Source: a virus (Duplodnaviria > Caudoviricetes). Taken from it: 64,000 nucleotides of DNA. The stretch's first letter is position 1, and each line of letters begins with the position of its first letter. The translations under genes were made by a program, and so were the position numbers. Shown piece by piece: positions 19,568 through 29,713 of the stretch. The notes under the pieces are model-generated. The model saw nothing but the letters and a program-made list of their open reading frames with translations, was not told the origin of the DNA and made no database searches. The stretch spans positions 70,909 through 134,908 of IMG/VR virus record IMGVR_UViG_3300013307_000671; one strand, 5' to 3'.

Positions 19568-19972
19568 TTAAATCAGTTCTTCTTCCAGTGCTGCCTTAAG
19601 AGGCACATCTTCATAATCGCGACCGCTTACCAGCCACTGCTCGCCATCCCATACATAAAGATACTCCTGCTCGTCAATGACTTCATCAGAAACACGCATC
19701 TTAATGCTTTCTTCATCCATCAGGCGATCACGCGCATAATATACACTGTAGCCCTTAACTGGAGTGTCAAAGCTATGATTGCTTCCCGGCGTATCACAGC
19801 TCTTATCGATATAAGACAGAGCACCACCAGAAACCAGCTTCTCAGCAAGCTCCTGTGAGTTGTAATGCTCCAAAAGCATCTTGCCGTTAGCACTCAAATA
19901 ACCGTTATTGTGGCAATACACCACATGATACTTATCACCTACTTTAACATTGATGTTTGAACGCGTTGCCAT
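19568..19972 (-). CDS. conserved phage hypothetical (M.TRS.I...YCH..GY family)
   Basis: MATRSNI, YCHNNGY, LLEHY, EYLYVW motifs. Confidence 0.8.
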   Translation of the reverse strand: MATRSNINVKVGDKYHVVYCHNNGYLSANGKMLLEHYNSQELAEKLVSGGALSYIDKSCDTPGSNHSFDTPVKGYSVYYARDRLMDEESIKMRVSDEVIDEQEYLYVWDGEQWLVSGRDYEDVPLKAALEEELI

Positions 19973-20034
19973 GATGCTTCCTCGTCAGAATGTAAAATGC
20001 ATGATAACAGATCTCGCTATCATGCACCAGATAA

Positions 20035-20361
20035 TTATAGCTTAGTTGCTAATGTATCATACTGGAGGTATTCACCCGGCAAAGCTGGACGATAACAGAC
20101 ATTCCCCCGCATTTTATATCCCTGAGTCACATTATTATCACAAACTTCCTGATTGGATTGCCGAGAATGCTCAGAATAGATCCAGGTTCCAACGTGAGTC
20201 AAAACAGTAATAAAAATTAGAAGAGCAATACTTAGACGAAAATCCTTCTTATTCTCACGAGCCTTTTTCGAAAAAGCACCCGTTAACAAGCCATAAAAAG
20301 AAAAAAGTGCGACATAAACAAGAAAGTAATACAGACTATGAAGAGTAAAAAGATTATACAT
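20035..20361 (-). CDS. 2-TM membrane protein
   Basis: Hydrophobic helices, RBS AAGGA. Confidence 0.75.
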   Translation of the reverse strand: MYNLFTLHSLYYFLVYVALFSFYGLLTGAFSKKARENKKDFRLSIALLIFITVLTHVGTWIYSEHSRQSNQEVCDNNVTQGYKMRGNVCYRPALPGEYLQYDTLATKL

Positions 20362-20381
20362 TTTTTATCCTTGATTAAGAG

Positions 20382-20711
20382 TTAAACGGCATCAATACAC
20401 TTGAAACGCTTGAAATAAGCAGAAAGTTCTTTGGCATAACGCTCAAGCTCTTCTTTGTCAGAAGAGAAAAACTGATAACCATGACTCTGAGTGCAATATC
20501 TGTTATCATTGACTACCGATGGATATTTCTTCTGCAGTTCAGCAATCTTGGCATCCATTTTGTCAGACACTTCCCAGCGACTATCCTTGTCATATTTACC
20601 GCGACCAAATAAAATTTCTTCCGAGAAGAAAAACTCAACACGCGCATAGTGCAGTGTCTCAAAATCCACCGAGCAACGCTCATTGCTTAAATCCTGACGT
20701 TCTTCAATCAT
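20382..20711 (-). CDS. hypothetical protein
   Basis: Start MIEERQ with RBS GAGGG. Confidence 0.75.
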   Translation of the reverse strand: MIEERQDLSNERCSVDFETLHYARVEFFFSEEILFGRGKYDKDSRWEVSDKMDAKIAELQKKYPSVVNDNRYCTQSHGYQFFSSDKEELERYAKELSAYFKRFKCIDAV

Positions 20712-20771
20712 CCGATACACCCTCATTAAGTGAAGCACTATTATAAATATTGTTGTCTTTAAGTGCAAGCA

Positions 20772-21737
20772 CTAAGCAGCTAAAGAAGCCCATTTTTCAT
20801 GAATAATCTCTTTGCCATAAAACACACATCCATAGCCATTTTCTTCAATGACTTCCAGCATGTGATCAATAGCTTTCTCTATATCTTCATTAAACTTTAT
20901 CCTAAGCAAACTAATGCCACGAGACTCACAATAACGGTTTTTTATCTCGTCGTTTCTCTTCTGACTCAGAAACCCTTCAGTTCCACCAAAAGCATCAACT
21001 TTAGTAAAATGCTGCTTACCATCAAACTCAATCAACAGGTTTAATGATTCAATATAGAAATCAAACTTGAGCCTAACGCCGTTTTTACTGCGACATCCAA
21101 TGAACTTCGCTTGCTCTTTAAACGATAAACCGTAGCCATTCAAAGCATTTGCTACAGCCGTTTCACCTTTCGAGGCGCGGCATTTAGGGCAACCATCACC
21201 ACAAAGATGATTTCCCGCCTTCTGAGAAAACTCTCCGTGAATACCACAGATAATCAATACTTTTTGGTGCGAAGATGTATACACAACTTTGCTGTAATCA
21301 TATTTACCATGATGCACATCTATCGCTTTTTCGATGAAGGCCTCTGCGTCAGATCTGATAGCATCATATTGACAAGCCCGGCAACCTTTTCCATTCAAAT
21401 GCTCTCCGGCACGCTGCTCAAAATCCCCATGTTTCTCACATGTGATTGTAACCTTCTTTTTATTATTCACGTAAACTACTTTTTCATAAGAATAACGTGA
21501 ACCATGAACAGCAATAGCTCTACTCACGAAATCTGATTCTACTCTTTTCTCTCTCGAACATGCATAGCAAGACCTGCCTGCTAAATGCTCGTTAGCACGC
21601 TGCTCAAACAAGCCATGCTTTTCACACTTAATCTTAACTTTCGTGCCGCTGTTTACATAAACAGTCTCTTCATAGCCATACAGGTCGCCATGAATGGCAA
21701 CCGCTCGCCTAATAAATTTTTCTGTTTTCTCACACAT
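20772..21737 (-). CDS. putative homing endonuclease: 3 Zn-binding repeats plus PD-(D/E)xK (DUF559/Vsr-like) nuclease
   Basis: 3x HG..Y.Y..V.Y...KV.I.C..HG.F.Q....HL.G..C..C; SKGE, FDFY, IEFDGKQH, D..KN..C...LLRI. Confidence 0.8.
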   Translation of the reverse strand: MCEKTEKFIRRAVAIHGDLYGYEETVYVNSGTKVKIKCEKHGLFEQRANEHLAGRSCYACSREKRVESDFVSRAIAVHGSRYSYEKVVYVNNKKKVTITCEKHGDFEQRAGEHLNGKGCRACQYDAIRSDAEAFIEKAIDVHHGKYDYSKVVYTSSHQKVLIICGIHGEFSQKAGNHLCGDGCPKCRASKGETAVANALNGYGLSFKEQAKFIGCRSKNGVRLKFDFYIESLNLLIEFDGKQHFTKVDAFGGTEGFLSQKRNDEIKNRYCESRGISLLRIKFNEDIEKAIDHMLEVIEENGYGCVFYGKEIIHEKWASLAA

Positions 21738-21875
21738 AAGCCACCAAAGCCACCTCATTTTAACTTCCTTCATTATAGCAATATAATATTGTCTTTTCAA
21801 GCTTTATTTGCCGACCTTGTTGATTTATTGCCCAAAAAAGATATAACTTAGCTATTAAACTTCAAGGAGAATACT

Positions 21876-22427
21876 ATGAACTTACTTATCTGGTTTTTGA
21901 TCATCATGGCAGTTGTCGCTGTCTTTTATTTTATCTCTGTTTACCGCACTAAAAATCTAATCAAGCAAGGGATTGTCATCAGTAAAGAATATCTTGCCAG
22001 TGTCCGCAACGATTCCTCTACGCTTGCTCCTGAAGATATAGTTGCCTATGAGATGTCTGTTATTGGTGAGCGCATCGCCGAACTTAGAACCAGCAATATT
22101 GTTGCCAAATCTTTAGCAATCACCCACGACATTCCTAACAATAAAATCAAGCCTATCCATAATCAACGCATTATCGATACAACTCAGGCGCTTGCTTACA
22201 ATATCTATCTTGAGAATGTGCTTAATGAACGCCCGGAAGCTGCTACGATTAATGATATCAACACCCTTTCTGTTAAAGATGTGCTGATGTTTGAGTTCGA
22301 AGAATACGGCGAACAGATCACAGAATGCACCAAGATTATTGAGCGAAGCAAAAAAAGAGAACTCGATAGTTATGAGCAGGAAGTTATGGATATGATTAAT
22401 ACGGAAAGAAATAGAATATTCCCTTAA
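21876..22427 (+). CDS. membrane-anchored hypothetical protein
   Basis: N-terminal TM, RBS AAGGAG. Confidence 0.8.
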   Translation: MNLLIWFLIIMAVVAVFYFISVYRTKNLIKQGIVISKEYLASVRNDSSTLAPEDIVAYEMSVIGERIAELRTSNIVAKSLAITHDIPNNKIKPIHNQRIIDTTQALAYNIYLENVLNERPEAATINDINTLSVKDVLMFEFEEYGEQITECTKIIERSKKRELDSYEQEVMDMINTERNRIFP

Positions 22428-22516
22428 TCATATTCACTTATATTGTTTGATAAAAAACATCTGGTATAATAAAAGCAAACGTATATTTATTTTTATCATT
22501 TTAAAAGGAATCAACT

Positions 22517-23227
22517 ATGGATATGGCAGCAGCTCGTAATAACCTTTCCGAACTTCTTACGGATAACACATTTAAAGATAAGTTATTTAACACTCTTGAT
22601 AAACTTCATACCAGCGCAACTCTTGCTGATTATGGCTATGAAGCAAGTAAAAATAAAGCAACAAATGAAGGCATTAAAAGCTTCTTTAAAAAAGCAGGCG
22701 GCTTTCTTGCTGGCACAGGCTTTACTGTAGGCGCTGCTGTTGTTGCCCAAGCAACCATTGCTACTGCCTTAGCCGTTACCGCCGCACCCGCTTTACTTGC
22801 CACAGGCGCTGTAGTAGGTGGAGCCTTAGCTATAGGGGCTGCGGTATCATTTAAAAATAGTATTCCTCTTTCCCCAAATGCCGCAAGAGAACTTGCTAAA
22901 AATGGCGCAGCGTTTTCAAAAGAAGAATCCGAACGCGCTAAAACCGTTTTCAGTCAGCTTAATGAAATGACCCTTGACATGCTTAAAGCTAAAGACAGCA
23001 ACTCGCCTGATTATGGTGCTAAGTTTGTTGCTGTATTAACAAAAATAAAATCAGTTGAAATGGCATCTGAGCACATTGAAGCAGCTAACAAACGCAGTAT
23101 TAATCAAATCAGAGAAGGTGGAACAAGCTTTAAAGACAGACTTCTTCACTTTAAAGATAAACTCACACACAGAGAGCCGGATATTTCTGTAGAAAATAAA
23201 AATAACAATGGATTTAAATTTAAATAA
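22517..23227 (+). CDS. protein with Gly/Ala-rich hydrophobic hairpin (possible membrane-active toxin/effector)
   Basis: AGGFLAGTGFTVGAAVVAQ...GAVVGGALAIGAAV; RBS AAGGA; TATAAT promoter; ends NNNGFKFK. Confidence 0.75.
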   Translation: MDMAAARNNLSELLTDNTFKDKLFNTLDKLHTSATLADYGYEASKNKATNEGIKSFFKKAGGFLAGTGFTVGAAVVAQATIATALAVTAAPALLATGAVVGGALAIGAAVSFKNSIPLSPNAARELAKNGAAFSKEESERAKTVFSQLNEMTLDMLKAKDSNSPDYGAKFVAVLTKIKSVEMASEHIEAANKRSINQIREGGTSFKDRLLHFKDKLTHREPDISVENKNNNGFKFK

Positions 23228-23244
23228 TATAATAAAGGCATAAT

Positions 23245-23517
23245 ATGAAAAATAATACTTATCTCATCTGTAATAATAACGAGTTTAACCATATTTTAAT
23301 ACCTAATATGCTTTTACTGGTGAATGATATCAATCAAAGCCAAATAAATAATGTGGTTTTTGATAAAGCTTCTAAGCGTATTAATATTGAAGGCTTCTAT
23401 ATTGATATTGAAGATGAACATGTAGATATCGTTGAGGAATGCGTCAGACTAGAAAATATCACGCTATCTGTTATGTCTAACGATGGCAATATTTTAGCAA
23501 TGTATCAGATTCATTAA
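23245..23517 (+). CDS. small AT-rich hypothetical protein, co-transcribed with 22517-23227
   Basis: 17 nt downstream, RBS AAGG, bidirectional terminator follows. Confidence 0.7.
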   Translation: MKNNTYLICNNNEFNHILIPNMLLLVNDINQSQINNVVFDKASKRINIEGFYIDIEDEHVDIVEECVRLENITLSVMSNDGNILAMYQIH

Positions 23518-23556
23518 AACTTAAGCATTAAAAAAGCAGCCTCGGCTGCTTTTTAT

Positions 23557-23745
23557 TTATTCTTCGATTGGCTTCCACTTCAAAATAACATCGTTATCTG
23601 AAAAAGGCCGACACCCACCAAACCAATGACCACGCTTAAATAAACGCACGGCCTCCAGCTCGCGATCACCGCGCTCAATCAAACACTGATACTTGCCATC
23701 CTCTTCAGGAAGACGCTCACTTACAATAATCCAATCCTGACTCAT
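23557..23745 (-). CDS. DUF551-like phage protein
   Basis: WIIVSERLPE...V..W.P. Confidence 0.75.
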   Translation of the reverse strand: MSQDWIIVSERLPEEDGKYQCLIERGDRELEAVRLFKRGHWFGGCRPFSDNDVILKWKPIEE

Positions 23746-23954
23746 TTGGACTCACCTGTCATCAGAACACCATAGTCGGCATTTAGCCCTGACTCGCCCA
23801 TCAAGGCTATTTCGCGCTTCCAGTAAGCCACAATGGTGCGAGAATCTAACTGATTAATGTGAGGCACTACATTCGCCAGAGCTTCTGTATTTAAACTCTG
23901 ATACCAGCGCATTGCCTGACCTATTTCTGACTCAACTTTGATTTCCGCTTCCAT
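23742..23954 (-). CDS. hypothetical protein
   Basis: RBS GAGGT. Confidence 0.75.
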   Translation of the reverse strand: MEAEIKVESEIGQAMRWYQSLNTEALANVVPHINQLDSRTIVAYWKREIALMGESGLNADYGVLMTGESK

Positions 23955-24042
23955 TATGTCTACCTCATTTGTTTATTCGTGCTCATTATAACCAACAAAT
24001 GACAATGAAGCAACAAAAAAGCCGCCCGAAGGCAGCTTCTTT

Positions 24043-24396
24043 TTATTTGATAACTTTGAGCGATCCGGCACTGTAGTTGAACAGAATGCTGCCTTGTGCC
24101 ATATAATAGAACATCTTCGCAATTTGATAATCCTGACCATCAGGCAGAGTCGCAACCTGTTTCTGACGCTTATCCATTTCTTCTTTGGCATCTTTCTTTA
24201 AAGACAGACCATACAGTGGCGTTCCATCACAATCACGCCCATGATGAACAACAAAAAGACGCAGACCTGTATCATCATCATTTTCATCACCCAAAATCTC
24301 TACCAGTGAACCGAGTGGAATGGTATGGCTCTGTTCCATTTTGTTTTGCTTCACAGTTTTACCATTTGACTCAACAATATCGGATACATTGATCAT
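24043..24396 (-). CDS. conserved phage hypothetical (H.IP.G.LVE...RDCDGTPLY)
   Basis: Motif and RBS GAGG. Confidence 0.8.
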   Translation of the reverse strand: MINVSDIVESNGKTVKQNKMEQSHTIPLGSLVEILGDENDDDTGLRLFVVHHGRDCDGTPLYGLSLKKDAKEEMDKRQKQVATLPDGQDYQIAKMFYYMAQGSILFNYSAGSLKVIK

Positions 24397-24442
24397 TTCT
24401 AAAGCCTCTTATTTGAAAGGAGTTTCTGGTTAAAACACATGT

Positions 24443-24670
24443 TCAGCGATTATGATTAGCAATCAGCACCTGATCCATTGTTTCCAGATTCGTGTAAAGC
24501 ACGTCTTTATTCGCCTTAACATCTTTCATCAGGCAAATATGACTTTCGTCTTCATAGGGTTTGCAACGCTGAAGCAATACGTTTAAAGAAGATTCTTCAC
24601 CTTTAAACACTTTCTGCTCTACCGGATTGCCATTGCTCAGCACATATAACAACGCAATTTCAATAATCAT
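24443..24670 (-). CDS. hypothetical protein
   Basis: Start MIIEI with RBS GAGG. Confidence 0.65.
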   Translation of the reverse strand: MIIEIALLYVLSNGNPVEQKVFKGEESSLNVLLQRCKPYEDESHICLMKDVKANKDVLYTNLETMDQVLIANHNR

Positions 24671-24761
24671 ACTTGCTTGCCTCAACGCCCTATCAGGAAT
24701 GACTCATTATAACTTTATTCCTCATTAAAGACAACAAAAAACCACCCGAAGGTGGCCTTTT

Positions 24762-24977
24762 TTAGCTATTAAAGTATTTACGCTCTTCGCCCAGCACCTC
24801 AGCCAGAATACCGCGATATGCTTTATCTTCTGTCTGGAAAGGATTTGGCAACCAGCCACCATCGACATAGGCAACAAAGTAGTTCGGCCCCTCTTTGACC
24901 ACCTCAAACTCATCCGCAAGTTCGATAACCTTATCCATCACTTCGTTTTCATCTAAGTCAGCAAACAGAGTCGTCAT
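24762..24977 (-). CDS. small acidic protein, paralogue of 29714-29938
   Basis: LF.DL...EV..K...A.R.ILAEV.G. Confidence 0.8.
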   Translation of the reverse strand: MTTLFADLDENEVMDKVIELADEFEVVKEGPNYFVAYVDGGWLPNPFQTEDKAYRGILAEVLGEERKYFNS

Positions 24978-25072
24978 TTTCTTCACCTTAGTTCGTTTCA
25001 ATAAAGCTATTATAAAGACAACACATATCCAAATCAAGCTTTATCTTAAAAAAAGAGGCCGGAGCCTCGTTT

Positions 25073-25663
25073 TTATTGATATAGTTCCCTGAGTGTTCTT
25101 AAGGTATCTTTTAACCAACTATCTGGCAAACGCTTGTAGATGTAAACCATGCCTATTTCTGCGCTATCTTTTCCAAAATCAGAAAGATTCTCGCCCTCAA
25201 ATACCCACGGTTTTCTATCCTTTTTAATGGCACCTGATCCGGTTAGTGGAACAAATTCATAGCCTTTTTCTCTTTTCTCAACAATATAAACGAATTCTTG
25301 ATGGTCTTCATAATCACCGCCATACTGGAAGGAAAAAATCGTCCCTACGCTCACCTTTTCCCATTTTTCATAAGAAAGATTGTAGTATCCTACATAGGGG
25401 TTCATTTTAGCATTGCTTGCCATGCTCTGCCTGAAATCGTTAATATAGGGACGCTCTTCAGGAATAAACTTGTATTCACCTGGTAAAAGACGCATTCTTT
25501 CACTCAGCTCTATAGGCCCATAGCTTTCATCAAAGCCATACACCATTGGCACTAAACCAACATGAGCACTATCTTTAAAGCCCAGCAGCGCATCAGACAA
25601 TGCGAATACTCTCACGTTATCAAAAAGCTCACTTCTGATTTCATCAATATTTTTCACGCTCAC
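25073..25663 (-). CDS. hypothetical protein
   Basis: 196-aa ORF, GTG start. Confidence 0.75.
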   Translation of the reverse strand: MSVKNIDEIRSELFDNVRVFALSDALLGFKDSAHVGLVPMVYGFDESYGPIELSERMRLLPGEYKFIPEERPYINDFRQSMASNAKMNPYVGYYNLSYEKWEKVSVGTIFSFQYGGDYEDHQEFVYIVEKREKGYEFVPLTGSGAIKKDRKPWVFEGENLSDFGKDSAEIGMVYIYKRLPDSWLKDTLRTLRELYQ

Positions 25664-25740
25664 CTCGCCGCCAATTCAAACAAAAAAGACCAACTCTCGT
25701 CAGTCTTTACCGTTATTCTATTATAGCTTAGGTCTTATTT

Positions 25741-26085
25741 TTATTCAACCTTTTTCATCTCATCTTCTTCGACATTACTCTTGCGAAGAGAGGCCAAAAC
25801 CTGCTGCGCTTCTGCGATTTCTTCATGAGAATACGGTGTATCTTTGGCGATAACCTCAATCCAATGCTCGAAACTCAACTCTTTCAGGCGAACAGATTTG
25901 GCAACAATCTCTCTCAGATGGGCAATCTCATCTTCAGAAATATCCATTACCAGATCATAACTGACATGGTTGACACTTTCCACCACAAAAGGGCGATCCT
26001 CACCACGCAGGAGCACCTTCTCGCCTACTGAAAACTTTTTAGCCTGAGCGTTGAATGCGCCTGCCAACTGGTCACGAAGACTCAT
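25741..26085 (-). CDS. hypothetical protein
   Basis: Start MSLRDQ, RBS GAGGTG. Confidence 0.75.
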   Translation of the reverse strand: MSLRDQLAGAFNAQAKKFSVGEKVLLRGEDRPFVVESVNHVSYDLVMDISEDEIAHLREIVAKSVRLKELSFEHWIEVIAKDTPYSHEEIAEAQQVLASLRKSNVEEDEMKKVE

Positions 26086-26101
26086 AGACACCTCTTATGA
26101 A

Positions 26102-26356
26102 TTAATTATTTTTTGCCTTTCCAGCATCAACAACAGCCGAAAAAAGCGCTTTGATGTTTTCTTTGACATACAAAAACTTATGCGCCTGATAGGAGTGCTT
26201 TGCATATCGATGAAAACGAATGTCAAAAAACGCCTGAACATCCATACCTGTTTTCAGATATGGCACCACTAATCGACATAATGCAATATTCTCTGTCGGG
26301 CCTTCAATCTTTTCCTGAATGTCCAGACCTTTCAGCAAGCTTTCGTAAGACGCCAT
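26102..26356 (-). CDS. hypothetical protein
   Basis: Start MASYES, RBS GAGGAG. Confidence 0.75.
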   Translation of the reverse strand: MASYESLLKGLDIQEKIEGPTENIALCRLVVPYLKTGMDVQAFFDIRFHRYAKHSYQAHKFLYVKENIKALFSAVVDAGKAKNN

Positions 26357-26457
26357 GTTATCCACTCCTCAGATTTAATAAGGAGATTATAAAGACAACA
26401 TTTTTTCAAGTCAAGCTTTTTCAAAACAATGAAAAGCCACCCGAAGGTGGCTTTAGT

Positions 26458-27018
26458 TTAGGCTGCTGGCTTCTCAAAGGAGCGCATATAATTACCAAAA
26501 CTCTCAAAAATATAGTATTGCTCACTCAAATAGTCCCACAGGTTCGTCTCAGCATATCCAGCATGTCTATTTTTCAGATCAACACCACTCTGTATAGCAA
26601 TTTCCTTAGCCGTCTCAATAAGCTTACCAACCGCCTCTTCGCTTGATTTGCTGTTTTCAATCAGATAGGTTTCACCGCCCCAGCCATCGTTTTCAATGAC
26701 TCCAACTTTCTTTCCATCTACAAAAAGATTAGCCGACATCGAATAACCATCATGAGAATCAACACGCGTAATGCCTTTTACTTGAATATTACCAAAGGCT
26801 TTTTCACAATGAGACACTTCGGTAATCGTGCTTTTTGCAAAACCATCGGTATCAAAGTTGCCTTCAAGCCCAATGAAAATGCCTTGTTCATTACGCGTCA
26901 TGATAACCTGACTTTTTCCGCCTTTTTCTACCAGAAAAACCTGCCCTTTATTAAAATGGGCATCACCTACTTTGAATGCTTTATTAGCAACCAGCACGTC
27001 ATTTTTCTTAATAGCCAT
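26458..27018 (-). CDS. hypothetical protein (DGKK...NDG.GG motif, phage-type)
   Basis: ORF, RBS AGGTGG. Confidence 0.8.
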   Translation of the reverse strand: MAIKKNDVLVANKAFKVGDAHFNKGQVFLVEKGGKSQVIMTRNEQGIFIGLEGNFDTDGFAKSTITEVSHCEKAFGNIQVKGITRVDSHDGYSMSANLFVDGKKVGVIENDGWGGETYLIENSKSSEEAVGKLIETAKEIAIQSGVDLKNRHAGYAETNLWDYLSEQYYIFESFGNYMRSFEKPAA

Positions 27019-27060
27019 TTGATCCACCTGTCTTGTTATCTAAAAATCGATTATTACTGA

Positions 27061-27822
27061 TTAATCAGCAATAACCTCGCTAATTTCAATCCCACGGCCT
27101 AAACGACGAAGCCAGCGCCCCATTTGCTCAATCGTCTTACCTTTGTCGTCATGCGCGTCAGTTTCAATGGTCATAAACGCCCGATATTTACCACGCTCTT
27201 TGCGCACAGTCATCTCATTGTAAACGTTTGTACCTTTTTCATTATGACGCACCTGATATAAATGCTCCTCAGATTTGGCACCTGACTTCTCCAAATAACC
27301 ATTGCCTTCCTTATCAAAGATACGCTCAAACTTGATAAGCAGTAGCTCACCGTAATCTTCTGTTTTTTCTGCTTTGACTTCTTCAAGCAAACCATTATCA
27401 AAATCCTGAAACAGATCCACTTCAGGACAGAAATAAAAAGAAGGTAGCAGTGATTTATCTTCCTTCGGCATCGCAACAAGATACGTCAAACGCACAATAA
27501 TGGGATAATGAAGTTCACTATATTCAGGAAAAACATCTTCTGGCAGACCGTAGAAAAACTCACGCCTCTCAATCTTACCCTTGCTCACCTCTTCATAATT
27601 AACTTTAAATCCCGCAAGAAATGACTTCTCTTGATTGAAAACTGAAATAGCTTTCTGAATATCCTCCTCAGAAATTTCCTTTGTATTTAACCATTCTTTT
27701 TCCGGCTGGATTTCTAATGCTTTCGGGATCTCAAGAAAACCATCATTTCCTTTAGAACGAGAGCAACGCCCGATAAAATCACGCTTTAGCTTATCCAGAT
27801 TTTGTTGATTTAAAATGCTCAT
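27061..27822 (-). CDS. hypothetical protein
   Basis: Start MSILNQ, RBS GAGGG. Confidence 0.8.
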   Translation of the reverse strand: MSILNQQNLDKLKRDFIGRCSRSKGNDGFLEIPKALEIQPEKEWLNTKEISEEDIQKAISVFNQEKSFLAGFKVNYEEVSKGKIERREFFYGLPEDVFPEYSELHYPIIVRLTYLVAMPKEDKSLLPSFYFCPEVDLFQDFDNGLLEEVKAEKTEDYGELLLIKFERIFDKEGNGYLEKSGAKSEEHLYQVRHNEKGTNVYNEMTVRKERGKYRAFMTIETDAHDDKGKTIEQMGRWLRRLGRGIEISEVIAD

Positions 27823-27899
27823 TTGCGGCCCTCTATAAAGTAATATAGGCAATATATTAACATATATCGCCTATAGAGTTCTACTTTTTTGTCTTTTTA

Positions 27900-28646
27900 T
27901 TACGCAGCCTTTAATGCCTTCATCATTACTGCCTGCGCCTTCTTGCGCACCACATCTTCATCAAGTCCAATGTTAAACGCTTTCAGCTTAGCAATCACAT
28001 CAACCTGCTTCAGCTTGTTTACAACGTTATTAATGCCATTCACACCTGCATTGTAAACATCATCATAAGAAACATACAGAATGTTCTTACACGCCGCCTG
28101 ACCGTCTTTTAGCTTGAACTTCTGAACGCGATTTCCTGCGTCTGAAATATTCAGATCGGCAATGCTCGCATTACTACCAAGCCCCGTGATTTCTTCTGCG
28201 ATATTCAGACGAATAGCTGTCTCAATCGCATCATCTACAGGATTGCCTTTAGAGTGGAACAGATAAGTATTCAGAGAAGAAATACTGATATACTTCATGA
28301 TAAGTTGCTTCTCTTTCCAGCCCAACTGAAGCTCGATATTTTTCGTTGCAGACGTGAACTTAACCACATCCAGAAACTTCAGCTCAGCACCTGCTAACGC
28401 AGCAAACAGGTCATCAGGCACTACATTCTGACCATTCACAACAGGAATAACCTGATTGATATTAACCTTAGAACCTGCCATGAACTTAGCCAACGTCCGA
28501 CCCGCTAATACGTTTTTAACCAGCACATCATCCTGCTTAGCAGACATGACAGCATTCAGATCATCATAATCAAAAGCCTTATAGTCGCTTTTCACCATCA
28601 GAACAATCGCACTAAAGAAGTTAGAGACCAGAAGCTTAGTGTTCAT
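27900..28646 (-). CDS. hypothetical protein
   Basis: 248-aa ORF, RBS GAGGG, motif-bearing promoter. Confidence 0.8.
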   Translation of the reverse strand: MNTKLLVSNFFSAIVLMVKSDYKAFDYDDLNAVMSAKQDDVLVKNVLAGRTLAKFMAGSKVNINQVIPVVNGQNVVPDDLFAALAGAELKFLDVVKFTSATKNIELQLGWKEKQLIMKYISISSLNTYLFHSKGNPVDDAIETAIRLNIAEEITGLGSNASIADLNISDAGNRVQKFKLKDGQAACKNILYVSYDDVYNAGVNGINNVVNKLKQVDVIAKLKAFNIGLDEDVVRKKAQAVMMKALKAA

Positions 28647-28766
28647 ATACCGCCCTCATTAAAGTCAGGATTTCGTTTCAATGAGGATAGTTTATCAGAT
28701 TATGACAACATAGACAAGCGTTATTTTTATATAGGACCACCTTAAACGCATTATTCTCTTTTGAGA

Positions 28767-29234
28767 TTATTTAAGTGATCTTAAAACCGGAAGCTCCGGC
28801 AAAAAGTCAGAATCATGATTCACGCCAGACATTATTTTATCAGACTGCCAATCATCTTGTTTGCCCACTGTCATATGAAGCCTGTAATAGGGATTTAAGC
28901 CCATTTCCTGACGCATTGCTACTATGTCGTCAGAATAGACATTAAGCGACCAGAAGCTCCAATGACGCTCAATAAAGCCATATTGAATTTCAAGCTCCTG
29001 ACCTTCATACTTCATCCATGTTTTATGGCTACTATCAGCCTCCTCCGGCTTAACGATAGTCACATGCGTTCCGAACATTGGCGTATGCAATCTAACTCCA
29101 TATTGTCTCATGATATGCCATTGGTAATAACTCGCCAGATCAGCGCTTTCTACATCCAGCACGACAATATCCGTCTTGGATTTTATTCCTTTCCTTAAAG
29201 GACTGTAAGCCACAATGCCTTTTATCTTATACAT
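28767..29234 (-). CDS. 2H phosphoesterase family protein
   Basis: Two HxT motifs: THVTIV and LHMTVG, about 60 aa apart. Confidence 0.7.
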   Translation of the reverse strand: MYKIKGIVAYSPLRKGIKSKTDIVVLDVESADLASYYQWHIMRQYGVRLHTPMFGTHVTIVKPEEADSSHKTWMKYEGQELEIQYGFIERHWSFWSLNVYSDDIVAMRQEMGLNPYYRLHMTVGKQDDWQSDKIMSGVNHDSDFLPELPVLRSLK

Positions 29235-29282
29235 TTGCGCCTCTTAAAAAGAAAAGCCACCCGAAGGCGGCTATCGATGCTT

Positions 29283-29684
29283 TTATTCTTCGTCTTGGAT
29301 GACAACCATTTCATTCCATAACGCATCGCTGAAATGGTATTCAACACACTCCTTCGAATCAACATCATATAAAGTAATTGAGTGTGCAAACTCATCAAAA
29401 ACGCCCACGCCACTGAGAAAGGACTCCCCACTTAAATACACTTCTACATTCCCAGCTTTAAAGGCATAATGATCACCAAATGATTTCTTGATAGAAAGAT
29501 ACATATATTTGGCGCAAACTTTTAAGCCCTTAGCGTAAAATCGATCATTAAGCTGATGCGCATATGCAACACCAGAATCCAACCTTAAATCTTCGACATT
29601 TTCAAAATAACGCCCGACTGATTTTCCTCCTGAAAGAAAACCTAAAAAAACAGGATGGTTGTTAATATTCTCTTTATTAATCAT
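29283..29684 (-). CDS. hypothetical protein
   Basis: RBS GAGGA. Confidence 0.75.
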   Translation of the reverse strand: MINKENINNHPVFLGFLSGGKSVGRYFENVEDLRLDSGVAYAHQLNDRFYAKGLKVCAKYMYLSIKKSFGDHYAFKAGNVEVYLSGESFLSGVGVFDEFAHSITLYDVDSKECVEYHFSDALWNEMVVIQDEE

Positions 29685-29713
29685 CAGTATTTCCTCTTAT
29701 TAAAAATAAAACG

